From assembly GCA_964187785.1 (NCBI GenBank), contig OZ076412.1:32612001-32676000 (forward strand): a stretch of 64,000 nt of DNA, written 5' to 3'. Under the pieces are notes generated by a model. It was given only the letters and a program-made list of their open reading frames with translations. It made no database searches and was not told the DNA's origin. Numbering within the stretch: position 1 is the stretch's first letter; each line of letters opens with the position of its first letter. A program made the translations under genes and the position numbers. This DNA is from Amphiscolops sp. MND2022 (Eukaryota). Of this stretch, positions 48,631 through 61,009 are shown one piece after another.

Positions 48631-49105
48631 TGATACGTTGAAGACACGTTTAATAGCCTAGCTCATTACTCGTCACGACAACAAGACGACATTTCTAACT
48701 TCCTTCTTTATAAATGAACCACAAAGTTTAAGACACAACACTAAAAATATAAAAATATCCCCACTTTACAAAATACAAGTTTCTTCTGTGCTAAAAGATA
48801 AACTGTGTCTTCTATCCATTAAATAAGTAGAAGATTCCGTAAAATTTCAGCCTTGAAACGTTTTTAATCTTATCTCCAACTAGTCGGTAATTTGTTTGAC
48901 GAAAGATTGACGTGAAATTACAAGTTTCTTGCTACTTCCCATACTAAAATAGACATTGCCTAAGCGTTTTTCTTGTATCGAATTCATTAAAACAGTATTC
49001 ATTTCAATATTCTGGATGAAAAAAAAACAGCTATTTTGATTGATTTGCGACGTAGCGTTGACAAGTTTTCTTAGCTAGCTTGGCAAGGTGCCAAGTTTGA
49101 CGAGG
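48631..49105 (-). repeat. Fragment of the ORF-B/CRE-cluster module; right end of the array
   Basis: Matches ~29040-29510, then switches abruptly to unrelated DNA after TTTGACGAGGTGC. Confidence 0.8.
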
Positions 49106-50495
49106 TGCTTCAGAGTTTTATCCTCTCGAGTTTTTCGAAGTTTTTATTTTACAGAAACTTTTTAATCTCAAATAAAATTTCAATGAAAATGTCAGAAATT
49201 GACAAAATAATAAAAAATTTCGGGTTTCTGCGGTCAATTTGCAATCACTTCCAACCGAAGTCTGCAAATATTCCTCCAGGAGCCTAATGGATTTTGAGTG
49301 CAATGTTTGTTGAACGTTTGCGGACATTCTGACTCCAAAACGATTCAAAAAGTACACAAGTTGCACAAAAACGAAGTGTTGAAATATGTCGACTCCTTTG
49401 GAGTCAATCTGAAGTGTTTTTGAAGCAAAACACTGCAATGTTCTCTTCAAAAAATGTGATACAGAGCTCATTCGTTTGTTACTGAGTTGACTGTGTTGGA
49501 AGTTAGGACGAAATCCATCGGAAAATGTACAGAAATTACATCAAAAACGACAAAAACATCAATTTTTTGATAATTCAGTTCAATTTGAGGTACTTTTTAT
49601 AATACTGTAACGAAGTCTTAAATGGGTTTCAATTATAGTTCAGATGGCTTTGAAAGATGGCCTCCTGGCTTCGAAAACGTTATATACGAAAACGATGCGG
49701 TCGAGATGTCATTGCTTGAATCTGTTTGGATTAAAAATTCTGTGAAGAAAGGAGTTTATCTGTAAAAGCCGTATTTGTTTTTCGCAAAAGGCGCCAAATA
49801 ACAACAAGATTTCATTCCATGTAATCTTATATCATGGTAATAGTTTGTTTGGTAATATTTGACTTTGGCGAACTTGCCTTGTGAACACAGTGGCAATACA
49901 CAGCCTCACTCAGGATAATTTCCATCCAGCCGGTACCATGAGTTCTGGTCACTTGAGACTGTTATTTTCTCTCACACTATCTGCCTTTCAAAACCTCGAG
50001 TGATTCGAATTATTTGTTTGTACAACAAATCCGTTTTCTTTATTTCCTTATTTCTGCAAAGAAAGGCATTCTGGTACAAATAATCGGTTACGGGAATTTG
50101 TCAACAAATTCTATGGATAATTAGCCAGGCTGAATGTTAAAGAATTTCAAAGTACATCATTGAAAGTAATAAAAAAAATCTCATTTAGGCTATCAGGGAT
50201 AAAAGTGAACCCTTTAATTAGGGAATTAAGGAAATCTCATTTAGGAAAAACCAATAGATCAAAGAAAAAACCCGGAATTCGCTCCAGTTTTAAACGCGTC
50301 CATTTTTTTAAAAAACAAATGGACCATGTCATCTATTTCCCCCCAAACTGCCGCGGGGGGAATAAGACAGAAGGTTGAAGGTTCAAATACCATTATGTCG
50401 ACATCGTTTGCGTTGAAATTTTGGTCCAATAAAATAATTGATGTCGACATAATCTTATCCATTACATTGACTGTCAGTTAAAAGTTGCTCATTGG

Positions 50496-50883
50496 GGTTC
50501 TAGGACAATACGCCCAAAGACATTTCGCCCAAGGACATTACGCCCAAGGAAATTACGCCCAAGGAAATTAAGCTATTCAAAGCGAAAAACAGCGATTATT
50601 TTCAGGTTATTATTTGAAGAGGTTTACATATTTGTTGTATGGCTCGGTAGCTTCGCTCCCTTCGCCAAGTAGCAACATTGAGGCATGGCCATATGGCACG
50701 TCGCTCCGCTTCGCTTCGCTCCTGCATTTAGGGCACTAGGGGTATGTGTGAATATATGCTGATTACATTATCGTAATTTCCTTGTGCGTAATTTACGTTT
50801 GGGCGTAATGTCCGCTTTGGGCGTATTGTCCTTGGGCGTAATGTACTTGGACGTAATGTCTTTGGGCGTAATGTCCGGACACC
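50496..50883. mobile_element. 388-bp MITE with subrepeat-containing TIRs and a 9-bp TSD (Mutator/Foldback-like)
   Basis: Flanked by the direct repeat GCTCATTGG (50487-50495, 50884-50892). The left end has four (G)GACATTACGCCCAA-type units and the right end five or six inverted TTGGGCGTAATGTCC-type units. The terminal 20-mers match as inverted repeats at 15/20. Confidence 0.8.
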
Positions 50884-53412
50884 GCTCATTGGATATCATA
50901 GAGAAAATTTGCGTTGGAATAGGGGCCTATTTATTCAATTTTAGCTTGTTCCAAGCGTAGATTTCTTCTATTTTGGACAATAATATCATAAAATTATGGT
51001 ATTTTTTGCCTGAAGTGTCCAAACAGTTGTAGAGACAATGCTCTAAGTATTTACATTCATATAATATTCTCTTATTAGTGAAATATTTTTCAAGAGCAAA
51101 ATGTGCTTTCGTGATGGGGGGGGGGGGTGTACCTTGGGAGGGGGGATATGGTGTGGGGATAGATGACATGGTCCAAACAAATACTTAGGGGCTCCTTTTT
51201 GTAAGAGTTCAGAAATATTGAAGGTGCCAAAAAGTATTCAAAAGCCCATAAAGACTTTGCTTATTCTGATAATATCAAGAAAAATTGAAAGCAAACTTTT
51301 TTCGGAAAAAGTGCTCAAAATGTTGATACAAAACCCGAAAAAGGACCATGTGATCTCGTTGCTCTTTCATTTGACGCATTTCATATATTTTACTGCACAA
51401 TAACTTGCTGAGCACAAAAAATTGACGTTTTAGCGTGAGGCTGCGGAAAACAAGATGGGAACGTCTGAAGTCGGCGCTATATCTAAGGCTCAAAAAGCGC
51501 AAACTTTTTAAAATTGTAAAAGGGGGGGAGACCTTTTGGGATTTTTAAAAATCCAGTTTGTTACAGAATACCAAAAAAATTTAAAGGAGAGACAAAAAAC
51601 ATCGAAAAAAAATCGTACAGTGCCGAAAAAAGTCAAAGGGGGACCCTACAGTCTCGTCCGGTTTTGTATCTTACGTTAAAAGTGGAATGAATGAAAGGGG
51701 GACTCTTTGCACTAAGTTAGTAGTTCTGTAAAAAGTGTCCACTACGCATACATTCTGTTATCTGACGAAAAAAGAAAAAGACTTGCCACTTATTAGTCGG
51801 GCTTTTTTCGTTAAAAGGAAAAAGCGCCGACTAAAAACAGACGAAATCATGTAATATTCTGTTATTGTTCTTTAAAAAAGTGCCGTCCATTACAAAAACA
51901 CACCTCTAATATACATCAAACGAAATTCATTAATGGTTGTAGCCAAGAGCTTTCAGAAAGCTACTCCAGGAATTCGCTCAATCGAGTTTGACCCTGGAAA
52001 AATTCTAGGAGCATCAATTTGAAAACACTTTAGTTGAAAAATCATTTTAAAAAATAATAATCATGAAAAAAATTTAAAAGAGAAAAACTAAATAAGAGAA
52101 CTTATATAGAAGTCTTCTCTTTTGAAATTTTTCATATTATTTTTTATATGAGGTTTCATAATGTTTCGTAAGTTTTAAATCATTTTTTTCTTTTGAATTT
52201 ACTTCTGGCGTTGCGTTATTCAAATATTTACAAAGATTATTTTTAACTTTTCAATGCATTCGTTCGGGTTAGAAGAGCTCTTGTGGTTGCAATTAAGCCA
52301 TAAAAACTCACAAATTTTGCTTCAAAACAAAATGAAAAACTCTTCAATTTTTGGTATTTTGATGACGCGGCAAAACCATATCTCAAGATATTCTGACTCG
52401 GTTCACCAAAAGATAAATTGAAGACATGTAAAAGTAAGTGCAACGTTTCAAATTAACTCAAATTTGAAATTATAAAAGTTACGAAATTCAAATAGTTTTT
52501 GTCATGAATATTTTTAAATTTAACCGTTGGAAAGTCAGTTTGGGCGTCGAACATAGTTGAACGAATGGCGAACCGGTTTCCACTCAAGTTCCTTTGATAG
52601 TTAAGTCTGGCAAAAGAACTCTTTCTTCAGCACTCCCACAAAACGTACGCCTATTGAGGTGGGAACTTTCAGTCTCTTCCTTTATTTTGCAATAGATTCC
52701 TTATTTCTATTAACTTGGTATTTTCCCGGACGATGGGATCAAAGTCTGGCAAAAATTGAGGAAAATTAAAGTTCCCAATTTGATAATCTCTCCTCTTTGA
52801 TTAGATTTAGGCTCATTTGCAGTTTCATTCAAAAATACTTTTTATGCTTTATTTTATGACTCGTATGATTGGATGCTTGATTGCACGACTATATTTCAGT
52901 TGGAAGACTTCCAATCTTACTTTTTCTTTGTTTATACAGCTTTCTGGCGTAATTAACAGTTAATAACTTTTGGAAAACAAAGGCAATGAATTAATAATTC
53001 AAAGCCCACCTTGCAAAGCCAGAGAAAACACATTTGGTACTCCGCACATTTTTAATTCTTTCATTTCGTTTGGAAAATCCGAAAGTCACGGTTAGAGCCA
53101 TATCGTTTCGTGAGTTATTTTAACTGTTGAATTTGGTGTCTTTACGAGAAAAATCTATGTATATCTAAATCATACCAATTTTCAATTTGCGGCACGTCGC
53201 TTCACTTCATTGTAAAATGTGTGAAATTTGTGCGCAATGAGATAAAAACGAGAGGTCAATTTTGCTGAAACTGACTGCATGGCATTGGACTTCGGTTTAG
53301 AGAACACATGAATTGTTTGTTTTCAGACAACCCACGCAATTGTTTTGAAATTAGCCAGAAGGAAGTACAGTAAATACCGTCCACAGAAATCAAATCTATA
53401 ACTTCATATGAA

Positions 53413-54127
53413 ATGTCAGTGATTCACAACGTACTGTTGGCCTTGAGTTTAAGTCTGCACCTGTTTGCGAGCAGTGTTTCAAGTCACTTCGCCGATTCAG
53501 ATGCCGAAGAAGTGCTTGCGGCCAAATTGCAGAAACGACTCACCAAAAGGTTAGAGGTCGGCGGGCGGTTGAATTTAGTTAGTATTTGGTTTGGCTGGTT
53601 TTTGTAGCCGGATGTCTAAAATACCGTTATCAATTTCATTCAATTCAGTTCATTGAAAAATTGACGCCTTGTTAAGTTAGAACTATCCAAATAGAGAGAT
53701 CTCAACTTTCGGTAGTTCTCAAGTCACTGTGAGGCGCTTTCAACTTCAATCAAAAAGGTGTCAACCCCTATAGCATGAGAGGAAATCTTCTCATTATGTT
53801 TGACAAGCTCTCTTCTTCAAAATCATACCAACATTTTGGCAGCTGTATGCCAGCAAATGATCTAAAAAAGTAGACAGTTGATGTGGAACGTTGTTTTTTG
53901 GCTCTTTTGGCGAAGGTCACCGCCCATGGGAATGGTGGACAACAAGGTTTACCTCTATATTGACCTCTACCAGATAGTTGACGTAGACGAAAGGAATGGC
54001 GTGCTTGCTCTCAAGCTGTGGATATTCGTTTACTACCGAATCAATGAGCAGTTGTGGGAACCTGATGACTTCAGTGGAGCTAGGAGAATGCAGTTTCCTA
54101 TGAACACTTTTTGGCAACCCGATGTTG
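53413..54127 (+). CDS. Cys-loop ligand-gated ion channel subunit (nicotinic acetylcholine receptor-like), exons 1-2 only (53413-53549, 53916-54127)
   Basis: Signal peptide MSVIHNVLLALSLSLHLFASSVSS; a phase-2 intron AAAAG|GTTAGA...CGAAG|G joins in frame. Exon 2 reads IDLYQIVDVDERNGVLALKLW...LWEPDDFSG...FWQPDV, matching the ligand-binding-domain N-terminal pattern; donor GTTAGT at 54128. Downstream exons were not identified. Confidence 0.85.
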
Positions 54128-54602
54128 GTTAGTCGTCATGTTCGCACCGTGTAATACCAACGGCTCTCTTCGAAAAATCATTTACAGCGCAAAAAAACTC
54201 TACGAATTTATTCTAACGTATGTATTTCGACAGATGACGGGTTCAGTTATGAAGTCGTCAGCAGTTAAATTGTTCTGTTGCCAGGCAGTTTGTACAGAAC
54301 TTTTGTTTGCTTTTAAATTGAACTGCACCAAAACCTTCAGAAAAATCGATTACACACTGCAATTTTAGTATATGACGCATCTGGTTAAAACGTATAGGTT
54401 TCGGTGCAAAATAACATTTGTAAGTTTCAACCAAATCCGGTTATTAGAAATCTCTGCTGTGTTGAGTCAATTAAATAGTTTGTTACTAAAATCAATTAAG
54501 GGTAGAGCGCAAATCTGTGAAAAGGGCACAAGAACTACATAATATCTTGTTCTCTAAAACTGCTTATTGGCTCCAAATTTTCAGCGCCCAATCTAAGGCC
54601 TA

Positions 54603-54720
54603 TGTCGTATACTTGCAATGTAAAGTGGCAGGTACTTCATACGTACTACAGACTAATCATCTATAAATAAACATAACATAAATAGTCTGAGTCTAGAGTT
54701 TGTCCTCTTGATGTACTTCA
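54603..54720 (-). repeat. 3' LTR of element B (118 bp, internally deleted)
   Basis: Aligns to both ends of 59359-59559 with ~83 bp missing; adjacent to the PPT. Confidence 0.9.
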
Positions 54721-57700
54721 CTCCCCCCTCCGCGATCCGGAGCCGGATCTTCTTTATGGCGGTGTTCCCTCCATAGCTCGTCTTTTGTATTCACGGTGGT
54801 CCGCGTCAGGTCATTATGTGTCGTCCGGTCTGTTTTGATTTCCTGAACGGTCCAGTCATGGTTGTGCGTCCTTAGTAGCTCGGGCTTTTGTCTGATTCCG
54901 CTTTGTTTTCCAGGGTGATTGTTGGCCCTCGGTCGTTCAGCCTTTTGACGGTATTTCCTGTAATCAGATGGTTATGCAGTCTAACTATTGGGTTTGTTTT
55001 CGTTAAGCGTTTTGATCTGCGTAGAATATTTTCTTAAGTATCCTGTTCTATTTATGTGCTTGAACTAAGGTTACGGAGTAGTTTCAAATCGGATGTTTCT
55101 GAATCTATGTCTCCTTCCCTTTCGTTGAAAGTGTGAGTTACATTATCGTTTGTGTCTTTGATGTGAAGTTCTTTGATTACCTTTTTAGCTTCCTCCATGA
55201 TACGGTATATCTCCGCATCTGTCTTGTTTTCGGCTGTTATCGTGAGTGGACCCATGCCGTCTTTGCTTTGGTTTGGTTGTATGTGTGGGGCCTCAAGATG
55301 AACCAAAGCTTTGTCTTTCCCGGATTAGCTCCGGCCCTCTTCGAAATGCTTCAGTCTTTTTCTGGGACCGGCCTGGTTTCGTTGGTGTTTTCCCGGTTGT
55401 TGTTGTATCCATTTGTTGTGTGGATGTTTGGTCCCCGGAGTCGCTGTCTGAGTCCAGGTTTTTTCAAAGTTTGGGGGATTAGGCGAACTGGCCGTCTGGT
55501 CCACGGGGCCCGGTCCCTCTGTTGTTCGGCTCCTGTACAAATTCAGAAATGGGTTAACTGTGTGTTTTCTGTGTAAAGCATTTTTTTAGATGTTGTCATT
55601 GTGTGTTATTGCTGTTTGTGGTTTATCGGAATATACAAAATCAGGTTTTGATTTTGTTGTCTCGAAAAATGTTATTCGATAGTTACCAACACCCTTCGTC
55701 CTCTTCTTGTTTCATCGGTAGGTGGTCAGAGGCACCGCCAGCTCCGTTGAACGAATATACCTGTAGGGAATCTGGTTTTGCTGAAATAGACTTTTTCGTC
55801 ATCTCTTTCAGTTTATCAATTTTTAACATCTCGGTTACTGATCTCGGTGTTTAGGCGGTAATGCATTTCGGAAGCGGATTTTGTTAGCCTAGTGTAAGGC
55901 GTTTTTATCATTACATCCAATGCTATATCTAAGGCTATACTTGGGCTTTCCCCCGCCTTAACGTTTGTCAGTAGTGTTTCTTTCAATGTTCGTACTCCGC
56001 GTTCGACCAATCCCTTGCGAGTATGAGCTTGATATAGCTGCTTTAGCAAAATTCTCTAAATTTCTACCCGTAAATGTGGTAGCTTTATCTGTTGTGATTG
56101 TTTTTGGAATGCCGCTCAGTTTTATGTATTGTTCCAAAAGTTTAACCGCCGTTTTGCCGTCGTTCGTTTCACAAAAGGTTGCCACTGGCCGTTTACTGTA
56201 GCGGTCCATGGGAAGTAAAATGTAAAATCTGCAACTCTTTTGCGTAGTGGACCGATGAAATCCGGCTGGATTTCGTTGTTCGATTTAATTACTGCTGCTA
56301 ATAAGTTTGATCCGCACTACGTATATTAGATTTATTGTTCTTACCGGACATTTTACATCCGTGGCATTTCTTTAGAATAGCCTCCGTGATCGTTGGCCCC
56401 TAGAAGTGTCTTCCCGCCATAAACATTTTGCTGACGGCGAGATGGCCCTTGTGTAGCAGGCTTATCATCGTTGTCCTCAGGTTTTTTGGCGGAATGATAC
56501 GGTCTTCGTAGAAAACTAAATCGTATTTTGTTGATAACTTCTTCCGGTAGGCAATGTAATATTTCGGTATGTTGTCATGTTGTTGTCTTTCAAAACAGAC
56601 TAACGTTTTCAGGAGGTGGGGATCATTTGTAGTTTCTGTCATCAGGAGCTGCAGGGCTGTTGAAAAATTCTTCTTTGTTTCTATCACCGCATTGCCAAGA
56701 TCCCAGTTGTTTGACTCTTCTGCGTTGAACCGAGGTGCGTGGCCCTTCTTTAATGCGTCGCTGGTTTCTGAGAAATTTTGGCTCGTGGTATTTCTTCCAG
56801 GTGCCACCCGATTGACGGTAGATGATTGGTTCTTCTATCCCATCATTTTGCATGTATATTCCTCATTTCGGCAGACGGATCCGCATTTCAAGGTTGTCTA
56901 ATGTTCTGGCGTCTATTTCGATTTTGTTGTTTGGTTTAACGCGACTATTTAGTGTGACAGTAAGGCAATCAATAGCAGTTTATTCATGCGTTTTGCGTTG
57001 CTTTAGGTTGTTGTTTGTTTTGTGTGTTGACGTATTGGATGCGTCGCTCTGTGATTGGTTGAAATGATTGCTAAGGCAAACGTATTTACCACGAACTTGT
57101 AATGCGGTATGATGTTGTTGATCACGTATTCTTCTGCGTATACGTCATCCGCTTGCGGTGGTGTGGACGGATATTTGCTCAGATAGTACGTCAGCGCTAA
57201 AGGTTTACTAGGTATGTGGCCTACTTTAACTGAAAAGTGTGATATTCGGTCAAGCCATCTCGTTAGCTGCGCTCTTCCCGTCTTGGTTGACCGGTTGCGT
57301 TTAAATAATGGTTCTAATACTTAGTGATACGTGAGTAATTTTATCGGTTTACCGTAAATAAAAAGACGGAAGTGTTCCAGTCCTCATAGCTAATAGTTCT
57401 AATTCGTTAGTTGCGTATTTCTTTTGTGTCTCGGAAAGAAATCAACTGGGGAGTCCGTTTGATTTCAATTTACTATCCAGCTGTTTTTGCCACAGTGTGG
57501 CGCCCAGTTCTTCAATGCTGGCTTCTGTTACTGTGTTCGGGGAATTTGAATTGTAATGTGCCAAACACCGAACACCCGTGACTTTTTTGTTTCAAAATTG
57601 GGAATTCTTTTGTATGTTCTTCTGTCTAATTCAGACATTTTTTTTCAATATTTGTTTCAAGATGTCTGCTTGAAATGAAAAATTTTAAATATAATTGGAC

Positions 57701-59346
57701 AGGTGTTGGATTGCACCCAGGAACGATTTTATTCCTTTTTTGTTTTCCTGGTTTTTACAATGCTTTTATTGCCAGCAATTTATCTTGAAACGGTCTGATA
57801 CCGTTCTGATCTGTTTTATGACCAAACCATTCAAATTGTTTTGAACCATTCGGATTTGCTCTCGCTCAGTCTATATCCGGCGTTTTCCAGTTTTGTTAAT
57901 ACGTCTCTGATTTTCTCCATATGTTTTTGTTTTCAGTCTTTTGTAACTACTATATTGTCATCTATCCAGGCTGAATGTTTGTTTTCAAGCGTTTGATAAT
58001 TTTTTCTTGAAGTATGGTTAGAATGTCGGCTAGCCTGTAAAATCCTTTTACAAATCGGTAGTATCCGGTGAAAATTCCTCCAGTGACTGCAAAAATGCAC
58101 AGGTCCATTGCTCTTTTATAGAGCTGTAATTTTTGCCCGTATGCATTGTCTAGGTAAAACTTTGATATCCAAATTTCGTCTGCTTTTTCGGTTCGCTTTT
58201 TCTCTGGATATTCTTGACATCAGCTCTTCCATTTTCGGCATTTGGGCTTTACTTCTTACCTTTTTTTGTTCAATTTTCGTGAGCCCAAGGGAAATTTGGC
58301 AGATTTGTCTTTTGTAAAGTGACTACTGCAAGGCTTACGAAACATTTTTCGTCTATGTTTTTTGCTTTTTCAATAGTTTTTTCGACCGCGGGTTGCAATT
58401 GAATTGGTATCGGACTACCTTTTTGCTGGATCAATTTCGCTCCTTCCTCCAATTGTATAGCAACTTCTATGTTTTCACTGTTTGGTTTTCTGAAAATAAA
58501 TAGGTAAACTTACGTTTGAGCGTTGTTATGTTTCGTTCTATCGTGTTCTGTGGCTTTTTCACTTGGTTGATGTTTGTGATGATTTTGTCCGATTCGAGTG
58601 TTCTTCCCAATTTTCCCATCCAGTCGAGTCCGAGTAGGTAGTAAGTGTTTGTTTTTGATTTCTATCAAAAACTCCAGTTGTTGATTTGTACCGTCTAAAT
58701 AGACATTTGCTGTTGCTTTTCCTTCGAACTTTGTTCTGTTGTCGTTCACGTCCCAGTAATCTATAGTTACCGGTTTTCTTGCTGTTGTATTATTAAAAAT
58801 TGATTTTGGATGAGAGTCGCTGATGAGCCCGTATCTATTATAAAATTGATTGGTCTGTTATTGACCACTAGCGTCGCTGTACAGAACGGTGGACCTTTTT
58901 CAACGTTCGTACGCCGTGAATGGATTTTCTGTTGTATTGAGTGAATTCTGTCGGGTGTCCATTCTTCTTCCTCCGCGCTGTTTGTTTCTTTCTCCGCTAC
59001 ATGGTTTATTCTCCATGATGAGCGGCAGCATTTTTCGTGATGTCAAATTTTACCGCATTTTACTCACTTTTTTCCTCTTGCGGGACATTCATGTTGTTTG
59101 GACCAGTGGGGTGCCCCGCATCTGTTACGATCTATTTTTCTGGATTTTATGCTCCGGTCTATTTGTTCTCTGGTGAGTTTTATTTTTTTCTTATTCGACG
59201 TCGTATCATTGAACGGTAGCTGCCTGCTCGAAGCTTGTCCAGTCGTTTGACGAGATTTGTCACCGTTCTGCAGTGACATGTTGTTTTTATCGTCCATTCC
59301 TGGAGGGTTTGGATACTCTTTTCGATAGGTTCCAGCTAGGGTTAAT

Positions 59347-59358
59347 CCGACTGTGCCA
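59347..59358 (-). promoter_or_regulatory. Primer-binding site of element B, tRNA-Ser-like
   Basis: TGGCACAGTCGG directly after the LTR CA. Confidence 0.75.
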
Positions 59359-59559
59359 TGTCGAATACTTGTTCCAAGTACGAAAGTTTGTTAGCATAAA
59401 ACTGTATTGTTAGCACTAAACTCATGTTAGTAAAAGTAACTTGCATAATGAGTGCAATATAAAGTGGCAGGTACTTCCGACGTCCTACAGACTAATCATT
59501 TATAAATAAACAAAACATAAATAGTCTATGTCTAGAGTTTGTCCTCTATGTAAACTTCA
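59359..59559 (-). repeat. 5' LTR of element B (201 bp)
   Basis: Minus strand TGAAGTTTAC...ATTCGACA, followed by the PBS. Confidence 0.9.
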
Positions 59560-61009
59560 GCCTAAAAAACGCAAACGCTTTTGCAATGCTCCATTTTTTC
59601 TGCGTTTTCTGAGTAATCTCACTCTATCTAAAGTATCCGGAAGAAGACTCTTGGGATTTTCAAAAATTCTTACTCACTAGCAGCAATGAAAACAAAAAAA
59701 ACTTTACTTGCGAGACAAAAATTTATCCAACAAAATTGCGCAATGTCAAAACAACTCGATTGCAGAGTTTCATTCAAAAGACTGGAGAAATCCTCAAAAG
59801 GGTTCCGTTTAACCCCTTTTAAACTTCTTAGATCTCAGGCTAAAAGTCTGTAAAATGTAGACCATTCAGTGTGAGCGCAGTGGCCCGAAACGAAAACCAA
59901 ACTACAGTACTGTGACAAAAGAATGAAACCCTTAATTGATATCGACGTTAGGAAAACTCTAGTTATCTGCTAATGTCTCAAAAACTATTGGTTTTCAGAT
60001 GGAATGTTTCATTTAAATTTTCATGAAATAAACATAGGTAACATTCGTGTTGTTTGAATGCCATTGTCGCAGGCTGCCGCCTGTGATGGCACAAGGATCA
60101 CCACTACCTCTACAGGTCAGGAATCGGTACCGGGCACGTTGCCCATATTTTACACTAAAACTCTCAAAACTATTCAATTATTACTCCTGCTAATAATGTA
60201 GTACCATTGAACATTTCGTTGATTTTATTGTCTTTTTGATTAGTCTGTTAAAGCCCACAATCGAAATTTACAAGTTAATCGTTTTGTAATATTATCGGTG
60301 CAGTTAAAATTGTAGTACAAGATGAATTGGAATACAAGCAAATGCACGCAGTATAGGAAACGAGTTCAAATGAACGCAACTCTTTTTCCGGAGATGTCAC
60401 TTGCGCTCAGTATTTCAACCAATCATGTTGCTTCGTTTTGCTGTACTAGTACCACTTTAATGTAGTGGCGGCCGAGTAAGGCCAATTGACTCAATGCAAT
60501 TATTTTAATCTACGCTTTGGTCAAATGGCCGATTCCAGCCATTTCAAATAAATGTGATGTTACTATTCTGATTGTGGCAGTAATTACCCGGTGTTGCTAT
60601 AGCTATGATCTTAGTACTAAATAATCATTTTGTGCTGTTCTGATGACTTTTCTGATTTTGTGCTGTTTCTTCCGGTGCTCATCTAGTAATTTGGATCTGG
60701 CAAATTCCGGCCCTATTATGAGAATGTTGTATTTTGCGCTATTATAGTAAATAGTATTGTATTGAAGCGTCCATAAGACTTTGCATGTATTTTCATTCTT
60801 CAGCAAACTCAACTCCACTCGTGTGCCGGCACGTGCCAACACCGTCCTCTGAAGTTGAATGCATTGAATTCTATTGTTGAATATTAACATTTGTTGACAC
60901 CATAATGATGATGTTTTGTTAAATAGGTTGTTTGAAGTTGCGGTATGTGTTAAATACCTTTCAAAATGTTGTCTGTTAATTTTCCAGGAAATGTAAAGTA
61001 TTGGGAAAA

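Larger units (their letters stand above)
7862..49105 (-). mobile_element. Head-to-tail tandem array of a large cargo-carrying Gypsy-like LTR retrotransposon (about 3.5-4 degenerate units)
   Basis: The same ordered modules (LTR, ORF-B, CRE cluster, ORF-C, CRE promoter, spliced gene E, IN/RH/PR/gag) recur. LTR 3' ends at 28277 and 39550 are 11,273 bp apart; gene E ATGs at 30973 and 42255 are 11,282 bp apart. Confidence 0.88.
54603..59559 (-). mobile_element. Two-LTR Ty3/Gypsy retrotransposon (element B, relative of A), decayed, with 5-bp TSD
   Basis: TSD GCCTA at 54598-54602 and 59560-59564; LTRs with TG...CA ends; PPT GAGGGGGGAG (54730-54721); PBS TGGCACAGTCGG. Frameshifted gag remnant, PR, RT (WIDD), RH and IN homologous to element A. 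Confidence 0.95.

Noticed and set aside
50500-50880. Short repeated units resembling a CRISPR or iteron array
   Set aside because: There are no unique spacers, the two clusters are inverted, and they are bounded by a 9-bp TSD in eukaryotic DNA. A MITE explains it.
51110-51165. G-run cluster able to form a G-quadruplex
   Set aside because: Low-complexity tract with no associated feature or conservation evidence.
51520-51840. A-rich segment with recurring AAAGGGGGGAC(C/T)-type motifs, probably an interspersed repeat
   Set aside because: Boundaries and class cannot be determined from one copy.
54134-54360. Candidate exon 3 of the ion-channel gene (acceptors at 54187 and 54233)
   Set aside because: Phase-1 joining gives early stops and no LYN/Cys-loop motif.
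60083-60125. Possible exon RLPPVMAQGSPLPLQ after TGTCGCAG
   Set aside because: Its phase is incompatible with exon 2, and it shows no convincing receptor motif.
60603-60890. 95-aa minus-strand ORF
   Set aside because: No recognisable motif or supporting structure; likely a chance ORF.
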